Shown here one piece after another: positions 48,633 through 59,091 of a DNA stretch of 64,000 bases. Source of the stretch: Candidatus Omnitrophota bacterium (GTDB lineage Bacteria; Omnitrophota; Gorgyraeia; Tantalellales; Tantalellaceae); contig JADGBR010000010.1 in assembly GCA_015231405.1 (NCBI GenBank), forward strand, positions 14,489 through 78,488. The letters run 5' to 3'. Both the position numbers and the translations under genes were made by a program. A model generated the notes under the pieces. The model had not been told where the DNA came from and searched no databases. It saw nothing but the letters and a program-made list of their open reading frames with translations. Position 1 is the first letter of the stretch. The number at the start of each line of letters is the position of its first letter.

Positions 48633-49727
48633 TTAATCCGACTCCTCTATATGCCTTGCCATATTCAATATCACCCCTATCGCGGCCAGGTGGACGAGAA
48701 GGGAGCTCCCCCCGTAGCTGATGAACGGGAGCGGGAGGCCTTTAGTCGGGAGCGCTCCGACCGAAACCCCGATGTTGACGATCGACTCAAAAGCGATCAT
48801 TACCCCTATACCAAAAACTACCCTCGACATGAAAACATCCTTCAGTTTAAAAGATATCCTCATCGTAAAGAATACGATCAGAAAGAAGAGCGACAAAACG
48901 GCTATCGCTCCTAAGAACCCCATTTCCTCTCCTATGATCGAATAGATAAAATCGGTATATGATTGCGGCAGATAGAACAGCTTTTGTTTAGAACTGCCCA
49001 GCCCGACGCCGAATATCCCGCCAGAACCCAACGCTATGAACGATTGGATCAATTGAAATCCGGCGCCTTTAGGATCGTTCCATGGCTCGAAAAAGACCAT
49101 CACCCTTCTCAGCCTGTACGGGGCGCTCACTATCGCGAGAAGCAGAAGCGGCATGGCGGACAGAACGATAACGAAAAGATGTTTCAACTTTATCCCTGAG
49201 GCGAACAACATCACCAGCCCGATAACCCCGATCGAAACTGCGGTCCCAAGGTCAGGTTCAAGAAGGACAAGGAGCGACATTAACGAAATGACAGCCACAG
49301 ACGGGACAAATCCGGTAAAGAGGTGATGCATCTTATATCTATTACGGCCGGTAAAATCAGCCAGATAAAAAATAACGGCGAGCTTCGCTATTTCCGACGG
49401 CTGAAGCCCGAACCCTCCTATCCTTATCCATCTTCTGGCTCCGCCGGCGAGTGTGCCAAATCCCGGAAGTGCCACTAGAATGAGCATAGCCAGCGACAGC
49501 AGAAAGAACCACCTGACATTGCCCCTCATCTTCTCAGCCGACATCGACATGCAGAATATCGCCGCTATCATGCCGATGAAGATAAAAATAAGATGCCTTT
49601 TTACAAAATAGAGGCTGTCGCCCAGGGTCTCATATGAATAAACAGCGCTGGACGAATAGATCATGACGATCCCTATCATCATAAGGATGGATACGGATAG
49701 CAAAACTATTTTCGCGTTTATATTCAT
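48633..49727 (-). CDS. ftsW: Cell division SEDS protein FtsW
   Basis: GARRW, QPSEIAK, EPDLGT, TDFI, PTKGLPLPFISYGGSS. Confidence 0.96.
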   Translation of the reverse strand: MNINAKIVLLSVSILMMIGIVMIYSSSAVYSYETLGDSLYFVKRHLIFIFIGMIAAIFCMSMSAEKMRGNVRWFFLLSLAMLILVALPGFGTLAGGARRWIRIGGFGLQPSEIAKLAVIFYLADFTGRNRYKMHHLFTGFVPSVAVISLMSLLVLLEPDLGTAVSIGVIGLVMLFASGIKLKHLFVIVLSAMPLLLLAIVSAPYRLRRVMVFFEPWNDPKGAGFQLIQSFIALGSGGIFGVGLGSSKQKLFYLPQSYTDFIYSIIGEEMGFLGAIAVLSLFFLIVFFTMRISFKLKDVFMSRVVFGIGVMIAFESIVNIGVSVGALPTKGLPLPFISYGGSSLLVHLAAIGVILNMARHIEESD

Positions 49728-49749
49728 TTATTTTATGACAGATGAAAGA

Positions 49750-51099
49750 TCAGTTTTTAGCGCCGTAAAGAGAAAGAACTTCCCGCCTGAATACGTCCCC
49801 TCTTTCCTTGTAACCTGAAAACATGTCAAAACTGGAGCACATGGGTGAAAGAAGCACTATCTCGTCCTGCCGGGCGTTCTCCGACGCCGCTTTGACCGCT
49901 TCGGCCATATTTCCGCAGGCGATAACATTGACGAAAGGGCCAAAAGCATCGCGTATCTTTTCCTTCGCCTCACCTATGACGACGATAAGCTTGACATGTT
50001 CTTTTACCGAACTAAGTATCTGCCTGTAATCCCCTCCCTTATCCCTGCCCCCGGCGATAAGTACTACTGGTCTCAAAAGCGAATCCAGGGCCACCCTGGT
50101 AGCATCAATATTCGTCGCCTTGGAATCGTCGATGTACTGGATCCCGCTGAACGACCCTATGGTCTCAAAGCGGTGGTCAAGTGTCTTAAAAGTCTTAATT
50201 GCCGAAAAAATCTCTTTATCGGCCAGACCCATCAACCGTGACGCGGCTATGGAACAGATCATATTGTCGATGTTATGTTTGCCCTTAAGAGGGATATCCC
50301 CGGAGTTCAGGACCTCATGATCGGGATCGGGCTTATTCACGATATTTGCGGCCGGTCTTTTGTCTTCTGCCGCGCGGCTGTGTCCGTAAAAAATGACATT
50401 ACTTTTCAGGTCTTTTACCAGCGGATCTCCCTCCAGGTCGGTATGTATTATCGCCCAGTCGCTGGAGTCCTGGTTCATGAATATCTTGAATTTCTCTTTT
50501 TTATATTCTTCCAGACCGGCGTGCCTGTCATAATGGTCGTCGGTGACATTAAGCAGAAGGGCGATCTTTGGACGGAACCTGTCGATCGTCTCCAACTGAA
50601 AAGAGCTCACCTCTATCACGGCGACGCTGTTCGCGGTCATGGACCCTACGACCCTGGTAAAAGGGATGCCGATATTGCCGCACACGAACGCGTCCACGGC
50701 AGAACTCTTAAGGATATGCCCTATAAGCTCAACGGTAGTACTTTTTCCGTTTGTCCCGGTCACGGCTATTATCGGACTTTCGCAAAAGATGTAACCAAGT
50801 TCTATCTCTCCGATGATCTTCGCTCCCGGAGGTATAAGATCTTTCATCTGCTCGGTGCGGAGGTCCACCCCGGGCGAAGGGATAACGATCTCGGCCCCCT
50901 CGAAGAATTCTTTTGTATGTTTTCCGGACTCGGCGAATATCCCTTTGGCCGAAAGCTCGCGGGTAATAGCCGAAAATCTGTCTGCGGCTGCGGCCTCCGA
51001 CACATATACCCTGGCGCCTTTACTTTTCAAAAGCTCGGCAGATGAGATCCCGCTGACTCCCATGCCTATTACGATCGCTTTTTTGTTCTTGAGATCCAT
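49750..51099 (-). CDS. murD: UDP-MurNAc-L-Ala--D-glutamate ligase
   Basis: TGTNGKSTT, GNIG, EVSSFQLE, DDSKATN, LSPMCSSFD. Confidence 0.96.
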   Translation of the reverse strand: MDLKNKKAIVIGMGVSGISSAELLKSKGARVYVSEAAAADRFSAITRELSAKGIFAESGKHTKEFFEGAEIVIPSPGVDLRTEQMKDLIPPGAKIIGEIELGYIFCESPIIAVTGTNGKSTTVELIGHILKSSAVDAFVCGNIGIPFTRVVGSMTANSVAVIEVSSFQLETIDRFRPKIALLLNVTDDHYDRHAGLEEYKKEKFKIFMNQDSSDWAIIHTDLEGDPLVKDLKSNVIFYGHSRAAEDKRPAANIVNKPDPDHEVLNSGDIPLKGKHNIDNMICSIAASRLMGLADKEIFSAIKTFKTLDHRFETIGSFSGIQYIDDSKATNIDATRVALDSLLRPVVLIAGGRDKGGDYRQILSSVKEHVKLIVVIGEAKEKIRDAFGPFVNVIACGNMAEAVKAASENARQDEIVLLSPMCSSFDMFSGYKERGDVFRREVLSLYGAKN

Positions 51100-51147
51100 T
51101 TAAGCCATCCTTGTTCTCATAAATGAACACATGTGCCGCATAGCGCG

Positions 51148-52236
51148 TTACTGAGCTTTGATCGCCGCCAAAGCCAAAAGCGCCAGTATCGCCGATATGA
51201 TCCAAAACCTTATCGTTATCTTCGACTCTGGCCATCCTTTAAGCTGAAAATGGTGGTGTATGGGAGCCATCAGAAATATCCTCTTCCCTCGCAACTTAAA
51301 AGACGCCACCTGCAGAATCACAGAAAGCGATTCTACCACAAAAATACCCCCGACCAGGAGCAGAAGGAACTCCTTTTTAAGGAACACGCTGATTATCGCT
51401 ATGGTCCCCCCCAGGGACAAAGAACCCGTATCCCCCATGAAGACCGATGCGGGATGGCTATTGAACCAGAGGAACCCCAGGCCCGCTCCGACCATAGCTC
51501 CGCAGAAAGGGGTCAGCTCTCCGGCCCCGGGAAGATAAAAGACATTGAGGTACCCGCTCACAACCGCGTTCCCGGCAATATAGCTCATCAGGGCGTATGT
51601 GAGAGACACGAAGATCATGCAGCCTATAGCAAGCCCGTCCAACCCGTCAGTAAGGTTGACCGCGTTCGACGCACCAACTATAACAAGCCATGCGAAGACA
51701 ATATACAAGATCCCAAGATTGGCCACTGAGTTCTTAATGAACGGAAGATAGAGCTCGGTCCCCATATGTTTATCCGAGACAACATATAACCCTATGATAA
51801 GCGCGACCACGGTCTGGCCAACTATTTTAGTCATCGACCTGATCCCCTTAGCGCTTTTATTACGTATTTTTGTCAAATCGTCCATGAAACCTATCATTCC
51901 AAGCCATAACATCCCGAACAAAAGTAGCAGGACCAGCGCGTTATCAAGCCGGCACCAGAGGATCGCCGAAACGCATACAGAAAAAATTATTATCGCCCCG
52001 CCCATCGTAGGCGTCCCCTTTTTCGTTGTCAGGAAATCATCAAGTTTCTCGACATGCTGGTTCCTGACATATTGCCCTAGCTTTAAGGTCTTAAGCCATT
52101 CGATCATTATCGGGCCTAACCAGATACATAGAACAAAAGAAGTAACCGTAGCCATGCTGGCCCTGAAAGTCAGGTATTTAAAAACGTTGAACCCGAACCA
52201 AAGATCCCTTAGCGGATATAAGAGGAAGAAAAGCAC
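51148..52236 (-). CDS. mraY: Phospho-MurNAc-pentapeptide transferase
   Basis: KKGTPTMGG, NAVNLTDGLDGL, FMGDTGS, MAPIHHHF. Confidence 0.97.
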   Translation of the reverse strand: MLFFLLYPLRDLWFGFNVFKYLTFRASMATVTSFVLCIWLGPIMIEWLKTLKLGQYVRNQHVEKLDDFLTTKKGTPTMGGAIIIFSVCVSAILWCRLDNALVLLLLFGMLWLGMIGFMDDLTKIRNKSAKGIRSMTKIVGQTVVALIIGLYVVSDKHMGTELYLPFIKNSVANLGILYIVFAWLVIVGASNAVNLTDGLDGLAIGCMIFVSLTYALMSYIAGNAVVSGYLNVFYLPGAGELTPFCGAMVGAGLGFLWFNSHPASVFMGDTGSLSLGGTIAIISVFLKKEFLLLLVGGIFVVESLSVILQVASFKLRGKRIFLMAPIHHHFQLKGWPESKITIRFWIISAILALLALAAIKAQ

Positions 52237-53582
52237 TTGAGTATCTCCTCCATTTTAGTTTTTCTTGAGCCTTTTATAAGAACTGTATCGCCTTCCGCCG
52301 CCACTTCGGACAATATCCTGGACGCGCCTTCGGCGTCGGAAGCTCCGTAAATGTAACGAGGATCGAAACCGTTATCTATCGCTCCGGACGCTATGGATGA
52401 AGCCCCGGCCCCGACCGTTATGAGACGGTCTATCCCGAGCCCGGCTATTTTCCTGCCGATCTCTATATGTAACTGCTCGCTCAATTTGCCCAGTTCCATC
52501 ATCTCACCGGATACAACTATCTTCTTCCCGAACTCACCCAATGAGGAAAGAACGCCGAGCGCCGCTTCGAAAGAGGAGGGGTTGGAATTATACGAGTCGT
52601 TGATGAAATCTATCCCGTGAGCTTTCACTTTTTCCAGTCTCATTTTCGGAAGGGCCGCCGACATAAGTTGTTTACCGATAAGTCCGGGGTCGACCCCAAG
52701 ATAGGACGCTACCGATACCGCCGCTGCGGCGTTATGTACGTTATGCGCGCCCGGGACCGGTATAAAATACGCGTTGCCGTTAAGCCTGAACGATGATCCG
52801 TTCGTCTCGCACTTTATATCCGTGACCCTGTAATCACACTCCCTGCGTTCGCCATAGAACAGTACCTTAACGTCGTCCCTGTTCACGCGCCGAAGATAAT
52901 TATCGTCGCCGTTGAAAAAGGCCGCTCCGCCTTCGCCCAAACCTGAGAGAATATCGGATTTTTCCCTGAACACGCCGTCCCTGTCCCCCAGGAACTCAAG
53001 ATGGCTGTCCCCGATATTCGTGATAACGGCGAGACGAGGTCTGACCAACCCGGCGAGGTCACGGATCTCTCCGGGATGGTTCGTTCCTAATTCCATGACG
53101 GCTATCTCGTGGTCGCTTTGGGCATTGAAAAGCGTCAGGGATACACCAAGAACATTGTTATATGAAGCCTGGCTTTTAAGCGTTTTAAACTTAGCGGAAA
53201 TGATAAGGGCGATAAGTTCTTTTACCGTTGTCTTACCGTTAGACCCTGTAACGCCGATAAAAGGGATATCCAGTTTTCCGCGTATATCTTCCGCGACACG
53301 TCGTATCGCCCCGGAGGATCCTTTTACCGTTATAAGGGCTGCCTTCCCGTTCGCCTCCGAACCGATAAAAGTCTCAGCGATAACGCCCAAGGCTCCCTTG
53401 GCGAGCACCTCGCCGATAAAATCATGCCCATCGTGATTATCGCCTTTTAAAGCGATAAATACATCGCCTTTTTTTATAGTGCGGGAATCAATACTTAAAT
53501 CCCCTATCCGGGCGGAGGTATCTCCCGAGATCACCGTTCCCAGAGCCGCCTCGGCCAGGTCTTTCAACGTGTAGTTGATCAT
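52209..53582 (-). CDS. murF: UDP-MurNAc-tripeptide--D-Ala-D-Ala ligase
   Basis: IDSR, TGSNGKTTVKE, ELGTNHPGEI, NDSYNSNP, KGSR. Confidence 0.95.
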   Translation of the reverse strand: MINYTLKDLAEAALGTVISGDTSARIGDLSIDSRTIKKGDVFIALKGDNHDGHDFIGEVLAKGALGVIAETFIGSEANGKAALITVKGSSGAIRRVAEDIRGKLDIPFIGVTGSNGKTTVKELIALIISAKFKTLKSQASYNNVLGVSLTLFNAQSDHEIAVMELGTNHPGEIRDLAGLVRPRLAVITNIGDSHLEFLGDRDGVFREKSDILSGLGEGGAAFFNGDDNYLRRVNRDDVKVLFYGERRECDYRVTDIKCETNGSSFRLNGNAYFIPVPGAHNVHNAAAAVSVASYLGVDPGLIGKQLMSAALPKMRLEKVKAHGIDFINDSYNSNPSSFEAALGVLSSLGEFGKKIVVSGEMMELGKLSEQLHIEIGRKIAGLGIDRLITVGAGASSIASGAIDNGFDPRYIYGASDAEGASRILSEVAAEGDTVLIKGSRKTKMEEILKCFSSSYIR

Positions 53583-53597
53583 TAAATATTCTTTATC

Positions 53598-55034
53598 TTA
53601 ATTTTGTAAAAGCCGGTTCACTGTTTCTATGTCACTAAAGTCAAATTTCGTATCGCCTATTATCTGGTAGTCCTCGTGACCCTTACCGGCAATAATAATA
53701 ACATCTCCGGGCGCCGCCGTCCTGACCGCATGGGCTATGGCTTCCTCTCTAGGACGTATTATACAATAGTTATCTTTTCCGCATATACCTTTTTCTATGT
53801 CTTTTACAATATCATCGGACTTTTCTCTTCTGGGGTTATCGTCCGTAACGATAACCCTGTCAGCGATGTCTGTGGCAATTTTGCCCATTACGGGCCGCTT
53901 TTCCTTATCTCGGTTGCCTCCGCACCCGAAAACACATATAAGTTGACCTGATGCGAAACCCTTTAAACATTCCAGCACATTAAGCAGCGCGTTGGGAGTA
54001 TGCGCGTAATCCACGTAAACGTCAAAATCCTTTCCGGAACGTATCTTTTCGAGCCGGCCCGGAACTTTTATCCCGCTTTCCAGCCCTTTCTTAATGACCA
54101 AAGGCGGTATCCCGGAATAAAGAAGAGCCGACGCGGCAGACAACGAGTTATAAACATTATGCCTGCCTACAAGATCCGTTCTGATATCAATTTCCCCGAA
54201 ATCCCTGGACGATATCAGGAATTCACTCCCGTCCCGGCTCAATTTAATATCTCTGGCGGTCACATCGGCTTCATTCTCGATGCTGAACGTTACTAGCCCT
54301 TTTATTCTCTTATCCTGTTTGAGAGTAGCTATCATCGCGTCATCGATATTAATGGCGGTATGCCCTCCGTCAGCCACAAGCTCGAATATCTTTGATTTCG
54401 ATTTCAGGTATTCCTTCATATTGTGGTGATAGTCAAGATGTTCAGGCGTGATATTCGTGAATACTGCCGAACGTACCGATATCCCGGAAGCCCTCCCCTG
54501 CTCCAGAGCGTGGCTTGAAAGCTCCATGGCTGTGTACTTACAGCCATTCGCCGATATCTCCTGGAGATACCGGTTAAGCTCGTCTCCACCGGGAGTGGTC
54601 AGCGCGGATGGAGAGATCTTTCCTTTACCGGTTATATTGCAAACGGTCCCGAGAAGCCCGCAATCGATCCCGGATCTCCTGAGGATATCGTAGATCATGA
54701 AGACCGTAGTTGTCTTGCCGTTGGTGCCCGTTATGCCGAATATAGACAGGGACGACGCCCTTTTCTCGAATATCCTTTTGTTGACGTAAGTGAACGCTTG
54801 CTGCGCATTATCGACCTCGATGATCCGCTCTTGGGCTGTAACTCCACCCGGGCCCCGTTCCGCGATAACGCGTTCCGCACCCGCCTTAATAGCGTCGTCG
54901 ACGAAGAGCCTGCCGTCTATGGCGGTCCCCTTCAGGGCAATAAAGATATCCCCTTTGTTAACCCCTCGCGAATCAATCTTTATCCTATTGGCGTCGTAAG
55001 AAACCTTTTCCAGCAATTCATCGATATTTTTCAT
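53598..55034 (-). CDS. murE: MurE ligase, meso-DAP type
   Basis: TGTNGKTT, MELSSH, VDYAHTP, DNPR (meso-DAP specificity motif), AGKGHE. Confidence 0.96.
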   Translation of the reverse strand: MKNIDELLEKVSYDANRIKIDSRGVNKGDIFIALKGTAIDGRLFVDDAIKAGAERVIAERGPGGVTAQERIIEVDNAQQAFTYVNKRIFEKRASSLSIFGITGTNGKTTTVFMIYDILRRSGIDCGLLGTVCNITGKGKISPSALTTPGGDELNRYLQEISANGCKYTAMELSSHALEQGRASGISVRSAVFTNITPEHLDYHHNMKEYLKSKSKIFELVADGGHTAINIDDAMIATLKQDKRIKGLVTFSIENEADVTARDIKLSRDGSEFLISSRDFGEIDIRTDLVGRHNVYNSLSAASALLYSGIPPLVIKKGLESGIKVPGRLEKIRSGKDFDVYVDYAHTPNALLNVLECLKGFASGQLICVFGCGGNRDKEKRPVMGKIATDIADRVIVTDDNPRREKSDDIVKDIEKGICGKDNYCIIRPREEAIAHAVRTAAPGDVIIIAGKGHEDYQIIGDTKFDFSDIETVNRLLQN

Positions 55035-55037
55035 GGT

Positions 55038-56714
55038 CTATTTCTTTTTCTGCTTATTGTTTTCAAGATACTGTACTATCTTCTCAGTAATGTTCTTAAA
55101 TGTCGGGCCGGCCACGGTCCCGCCATAATGCAGCGGATGCGCGTCTTCAGCCGTAACTACCATACAGATGCTGGGATCGTCCTTCGGCGCGAACCCAACA
55201 AAAGTCGACTGGTATCGGTCGCTGTAATATCCACCCGCGGGGTTGACCCTCTGCGCTGTCCCGGTCTTCCCGCAGATGGAAACTATTTTAGAGCTCGCGG
55301 TCTTACCCGTCCCTTCCAGGACAACTTTTTCAAGGAAATCCTTTATCACAAGAGCGGTGCTTTCCTTAAGGACCCTCCGCTTAATTTCCGGAGCGAACTC
55401 CTCCACCACTTCTCCGTCCATAGTCGTTATTTTTTCGACGATGTACGGCTTTACCAGCATGCCGCCGTTAGCTATGACGGCCGTCGCCGCCAGGAGCTGC
55501 ATCGAAGTTACAGCGATCCCCTGTCCGATCGGCACCGTGGTGATATCGCTTTTCGACCAAACTGACGGCGCCCTGACAAGCCCGGGGATCTCACCGGGGA
55601 GATCGATCCCTGTCACCTCGCCGAACCCGAATTTCTTTATGTATTCGAAAAGTATTTTAGGGCCGACCTTTATTGCGGATTTGACCGTTCCGATGTTGCT
55701 GGACTTGGCGATCACCTCCGAATATTGCATATTCCCGTAAGGATGGACGTCGTGCAGTATCCTGCCGCAAATATTGTAGTTACCGTTCTCGCAATTGAAC
55801 ACGTCGGTAGGTTTGACTATATCGGTATCAATGGCGGCGCTGGCTGTTACAATCTTGAAAGCGCTTCCCGGCTCGTACACGCTCGCGACCGATATGTTCT
55901 TTCTGTTTTCGCTCGGCGACTCAGGGTATTTGTTCAGATCGCAGTTGGGGTAATTGGCAAGCGCCAGCATTTTACCTGTCGACGGTTCCATAACGGCGAT
56001 GGTTGCGCTCGAGCAGTTGAATTTCTCGACCATTTTAAGGATCTCTTCTTCGACGATATACTGCACCACGCTGTCAACCGTCAAAACAAGGTTCTCCCCG
56101 TTCTCCGCGCGCATCGAAGCCTTATCGTCGAAAAGGACCGGCTTCAGTCTCGCGTCCCTCATGAAATGCCTGTACCCAGGCGCCCCTTTCAGCTTTTGGT
56201 CATAAATAAGCTCAAGTCCTTCGAGCCCGTTGTTGTCTATGCCCGAATACCCGATCATATGCGAAGCGAACGTGTCGTTAGGATATATACGCTTGCTCTC
56301 CGTGACAAAGAACACTCCTTTCAATTTTATTTTCTTGGCTTCATCTATTTCCTGGTGGTCGATCTTCCGTTTTATCCATACGAAGCCTTTGCCGGAGGAG
56401 AGCCTTTTAAAGATCACATCCCTGTCAAGTCCGAGCTTATCAGCCAGGGCGTCAGAGGTCGAGGCTGGATCGTCGACCATCCTCGGGTCGGCGTAAATAG
56501 AGATCGTATCAAGGTTCACCGCCAACGGCTCCATGAACCGGTCATAGATCGCCCCCCTCACCGGATCGATCTTGATTATCTTGTTATGCTGCTCCAGGGC
56601 CATTGTGCTGTACTTCTCAAAATTCATCACCTGAAGAAAGAACAGACGGCCGGAAAGCACAAGATAGGCAAAAGCAAAAAGCAAAAAAACTATGTATGAT
56701 CTGGCCCTGAACAT
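55038..56714 (-). CDS. ftsI: Cell division transpeptidase FtsI/PBP3
   Basis: RGAIYDR, YEPGSAFK, SSNIG, GKTGTAQ; dcw position. Confidence 0.93.
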   Translation of the reverse strand: MFRARSYIVFLLFAFAYLVLSGRLFFLQVMNFEKYSTMALEQHNKIIKIDPVRGAIYDRFMEPLAVNLDTISIYADPRMVDDPASTSDALADKLGLDRDVIFKRLSSGKGFVWIKRKIDHQEIDEAKKIKLKGVFFVTESKRIYPNDTFASHMIGYSGIDNNGLEGLELIYDQKLKGAPGYRHFMRDARLKPVLFDDKASMRAENGENLVLTVDSVVQYIVEEEILKMVEKFNCSSATIAVMEPSTGKMLALANYPNCDLNKYPESPSENRKNISVASVYEPGSAFKIVTASAAIDTDIVKPTDVFNCENGNYNICGRILHDVHPYGNMQYSEVIAKSSNIGTVKSAIKVGPKILFEYIKKFGFGEVTGIDLPGEIPGLVRAPSVWSKSDITTVPIGQGIAVTSMQLLAATAVIANGGMLVKPYIVEKITTMDGEVVEEFAPEIKRRVLKESTALVIKDFLEKVVLEGTGKTASSKIVSICGKTGTAQRVNPAGGYYSDRYQSTFVGFAPKDDPSICMVVTAEDAHPLHYGGTVAGPTFKNITEKIVQYLENNKQKKK

Positions 56715-56832
56715 TTAGCTCCAAAAACACAATTATTTTCAAAAGACTAAGTTTTTATATTGTACCAGATTACCTATTGGTTTTGAAAGGCAGTTTTAAT
56801 GAATTATGGCGCGGCTCTTTCAGGCCCGGAGT

Positions 56833-57198
56833 TCATTTATTTGTCCTGGCTTCGGCAGAAACGGTAAAAAGGTCCATGACCCTCCCCATCAGCCCATCGG
56901 ACTCATAATTCCTGTTATTCCTTGCGCGCGAAAGCTGGTAGGTGTCATCCTTCTCTTCCCGTTGTCCCGAGAACTTGATCGTATTCATATCGATCGTGGA
57001 CAATAGGTTCTTTGGAGATTCGAGCCGTGACAGTGAGTACACAAGTTTTGAGTTCTCGTCTGCCAGGCAGGCTAAATACCTTTTGTTCTCCTGCAGCGCA
57101 TAGCCCGCTTTAATTATTTCTATCCTTTGGTGTACATATCCCACCGCAAGGAGCGTCACAACAAAGAACATCAGTACAGGTCTGCCTATTGATGTCAT
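56833..57198 (-). CDS. ftsL: Cell division protein FtsL (putative)
   Basis: TM plus coiled coil ending LSRLESPKNL; between rsmH and ftsI. Confidence 0.7.
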   Translation of the reverse strand: MTSIGRPVLMFFVVTLLAVGYVHQRIEIIKAGYALQENKRYLACLADENSKLVYSLSRLESPKNLLSTIDMNTIKFSGQREEKDDTYQLSRARNNRNYESDGLMGRVMDLFTVSAEARTNK

Positions 57199-58079
57199 AT
57201 TTTTTTACATGTCCTTAATTTGGCGCTCCTGGATCTGGGATTATTCTCGATTTCGCGCATATCCGGACAAACCGGCTTTTTGGTGAGAACTTCGAATTCT
57301 CCGCGCATTTTATTTTCACGGAAAATATTCTTGATCATCCTGTCCTCGAGCGAATGAAAAGATATCACGGAAATACGCCCACCGCTTTTTAATTTCCTCA
57401 TGGCTGCTCTCACGCCGCCCTCGATCGCCTCGAGTTCCCTGTTAGTCGCTATCCTTATCGCCTGGAAGGTCCTAACCGGCGATGAGAGCCTCTGCCCTCT
57501 ATACATTTTCCCTATAGCCCCTTCTATGATCGATGCGAGCTCAAGTGTAGTTTCGATCTTTTTCCTTTTCCGGGCTTCGCAGATACTCCTGGCGACCCTG
57601 TAAGCGTACCGCTCCTCGCCATACTCTCTTATGAGGTCCTGAAGCTCTTTCTCGCTGAGGCCGTTCACCAGATCCCGCGCGCTTAATTTTCCATTCGTAT
57701 CATATCGCATATCGAGAGGGCCGTCTTTCATGAAGCTAAACCCTCTTCTCGGATCATCCAGCTGATATGACGAAAACCCGAGATCAAAAATAGCCCCATC
57801 GATCATTTCTATCCCCTCTTCCGTCAAAACTTTTTCAATGTCGGCAAAATTGGCTGAACGGATTATTACTTCTTTCCCGAGATCTTTGAATCTAACGCGC
57901 GCCATCTCTACGGCGCGTTCATCCCTGTCTATCGCGACGAGCCTTCCTCCAGGCGCGATCTTCTTCAGTATCTCCTCCGAATGTCCGCCCCCGCCCAACG
58001 TCGCGTCTACGATCGTTTCGCCTTTAACAGGCCGCAAGTACTCCATGACTTCATTTAAAAGGACCGGGATATGACCCAT
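57195..58079 (-). CDS. rsmH: 16S rRNA m4C1402 methyltransferase
   Basis: HIPVLL, DATLGGGGHS, GPLDMR, FQAIRI, FHSLEDR, NPRSRSAKLR. Confidence 0.97.
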   Translation of the reverse strand: MGHIPVLLNEVMEYLRPVKGETIVDATLGGGGHSEEILKKIAPGGRLVAIDRDERAVEMARVRFKDLGKEVIIRSANFADIEKVLTEEGIEMIDGAIFDLGFSSYQLDDPRRGFSFMKDGPLDMRYDTNGKLSARDLVNGLSEKELQDLIREYGEERYAYRVARSICEARKRKKIETTLELASIIEGAIGKMYRGQRLSSPVRTFQAIRIATNRELEAIEGGVRAAMRKLKSGGRISVISFHSLEDRMIKNIFRENKMRGEFEVLTKKPVCPDMREIENNPRSRSAKLRTCKKI

Positions 58080-58109
58080 TTATATTACTTCCAATCCACT
58101 CGGCAAAGG

Positions 58110-58331
58110 TTATTTCTTCTTTCCTTTATCCAGGTTTATCCTGTCGCAACTTTTCAGGGTGAAATGCAGATTCTCTCCCCCTCCGGAAGATGTGAGCACA
58201 TACCTCTTAACCCCTAAATGCGAAATACCCGATGGAAGAGCTCTCGCTTTTTTCACGCGTTCGACCATGTTCACGCAATTCACGAATTCGACCTGTTTCT
58301 TATTGAACTTCACCGCGCAGCGACGATACAT
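58110..58331 (-). CDS. Small basic hypothetical protein (73 aa) between mraZ and rsmH
   Basis: AAGGAGG SD 4 nt before ATG 58331; ORF fills the gap. Confidence 0.5.
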   Translation of the reverse strand: MYRRCAVKFNKKQVEFVNCVNMVERVKKARALPSGISHLGVKRYVLTSSGGGENLHFTLKSCDRINLDKGKKK

Positions 58332-58351
58332 ATCGCCTCCTTGATCATCTA

Positions 58352-58807
58352 TTATCGATTGTCGATTGAACCCTCTTCCCCCAAAAGCTCCGCGATATCC
58401 GCGTAATCTTTCTTGGAATTGGCGTAAAATTCCTCCCACTTCACCACGTCCCATATTTCTATACGGTCGGACACACCGACCATTTTCACTTTCTTATTGA
58501 TCTTCGCGTACTCCCTAAGATAATCAGGAATGAGGATCCGCCATTGCTTGTCCAAAGTCATATCAACTGCCCCACCAAAAAACTGCCGCTGAAAAGACCT
58601 CACGTTCTTTCTTGTAAAAGCCATTTCGCTGAACTTTTTTTCCTGGGTTTTCCAGACGCTATCCGGGAACATGAATATGCATTCCTCAAGACCCCTGGTG
58701 ATATAGAACTTCTCTATTCCTTTGTCCTTTATCACGTCACGGAATCTCGAAGGAATTATCAACCTTTTCTTGTTATCCAGTATGTGTAAATACTCTCCGT
58801 AAAACAC
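58352..58807 (-). CDS. mraZ: Transcriptional regulator MraZ
   Basis: FYGEY...LDNKKRLIIPSRFR, DKQWRILIP, DRIEIW; GTG start. Confidence 0.95.
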   Translation of the reverse strand: MFYGEYLHILDNKKRLIIPSRFRDVIKDKGIEKFYITRGLEECIFMFPDSVWKTQEKKFSEMAFTRKNVRSFQRQFFGGAVDMTLDKQWRILIPDYLREYAKINKKVKMVGVSDRIEIWDVVKWEEFYANSKKDYADIAELLGEEGSIDNR

Positions 58808-58808
58808 T

Positions 58809-58834
58809 CCACTTCCCTCCACTTTGCACCACTT
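58809..58834 (-). promoter_or_regulatory. MraZ operator: three AAGTGG boxes with 10-bp period
   Basis: AAGTGGtgcaAAGTGGagggAAGTGG immediately before the start; matches known GTGG-type MraZ repeats. Confidence 0.8.
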
Positions 58835-58841
58835 GGGATTA

Positions 58842-58870
58842 AGTATACCCGCAGGTATTGAAAAAGTCAA
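58842..58870 (-). promoter_or_regulatory. sigma70 promoter of the dcw cluster
   Basis: TTGACT-17 bp-TATACT just upstream of the MraZ boxes. Confidence 0.75.
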
Positions 58871-58930
58871 TCGGAATTGTGACGGAAATTGAAAAGCAAA
58901 TGGGCTCGAGTCGATTGAAAAAGATTTTTC

Positions 58931-58996
58931 TGGTTCGTGATTCGTGGTTCGTAAAAATGTACCCTACAAAAACCGAATCACGGACCACGATCCACG
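58931..58996. repeat. GGTTCGT heptamer inverted repeat, same family as 27310-27377
   Basis: Arms 58931-58944 and 58974-58987, one mismatch. Confidence 0.8.
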
Positions 58997-59091
58997 AAAC
59001 ACTATTGTATTAACGCGAAAAAAAATGCTGGAATGGAAAAATCACATGGGAACGTTCACTTCCTGAAGATCATCCCGGAAAGAAACGAATA

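Noticed and set aside
20862-56699. Long plus-strand ORFs (for example 20862-21878, 33211-34092, 55725-56699)
   Set aside because: Antisense shadows of well-conserved genes with no recognisable motifs.
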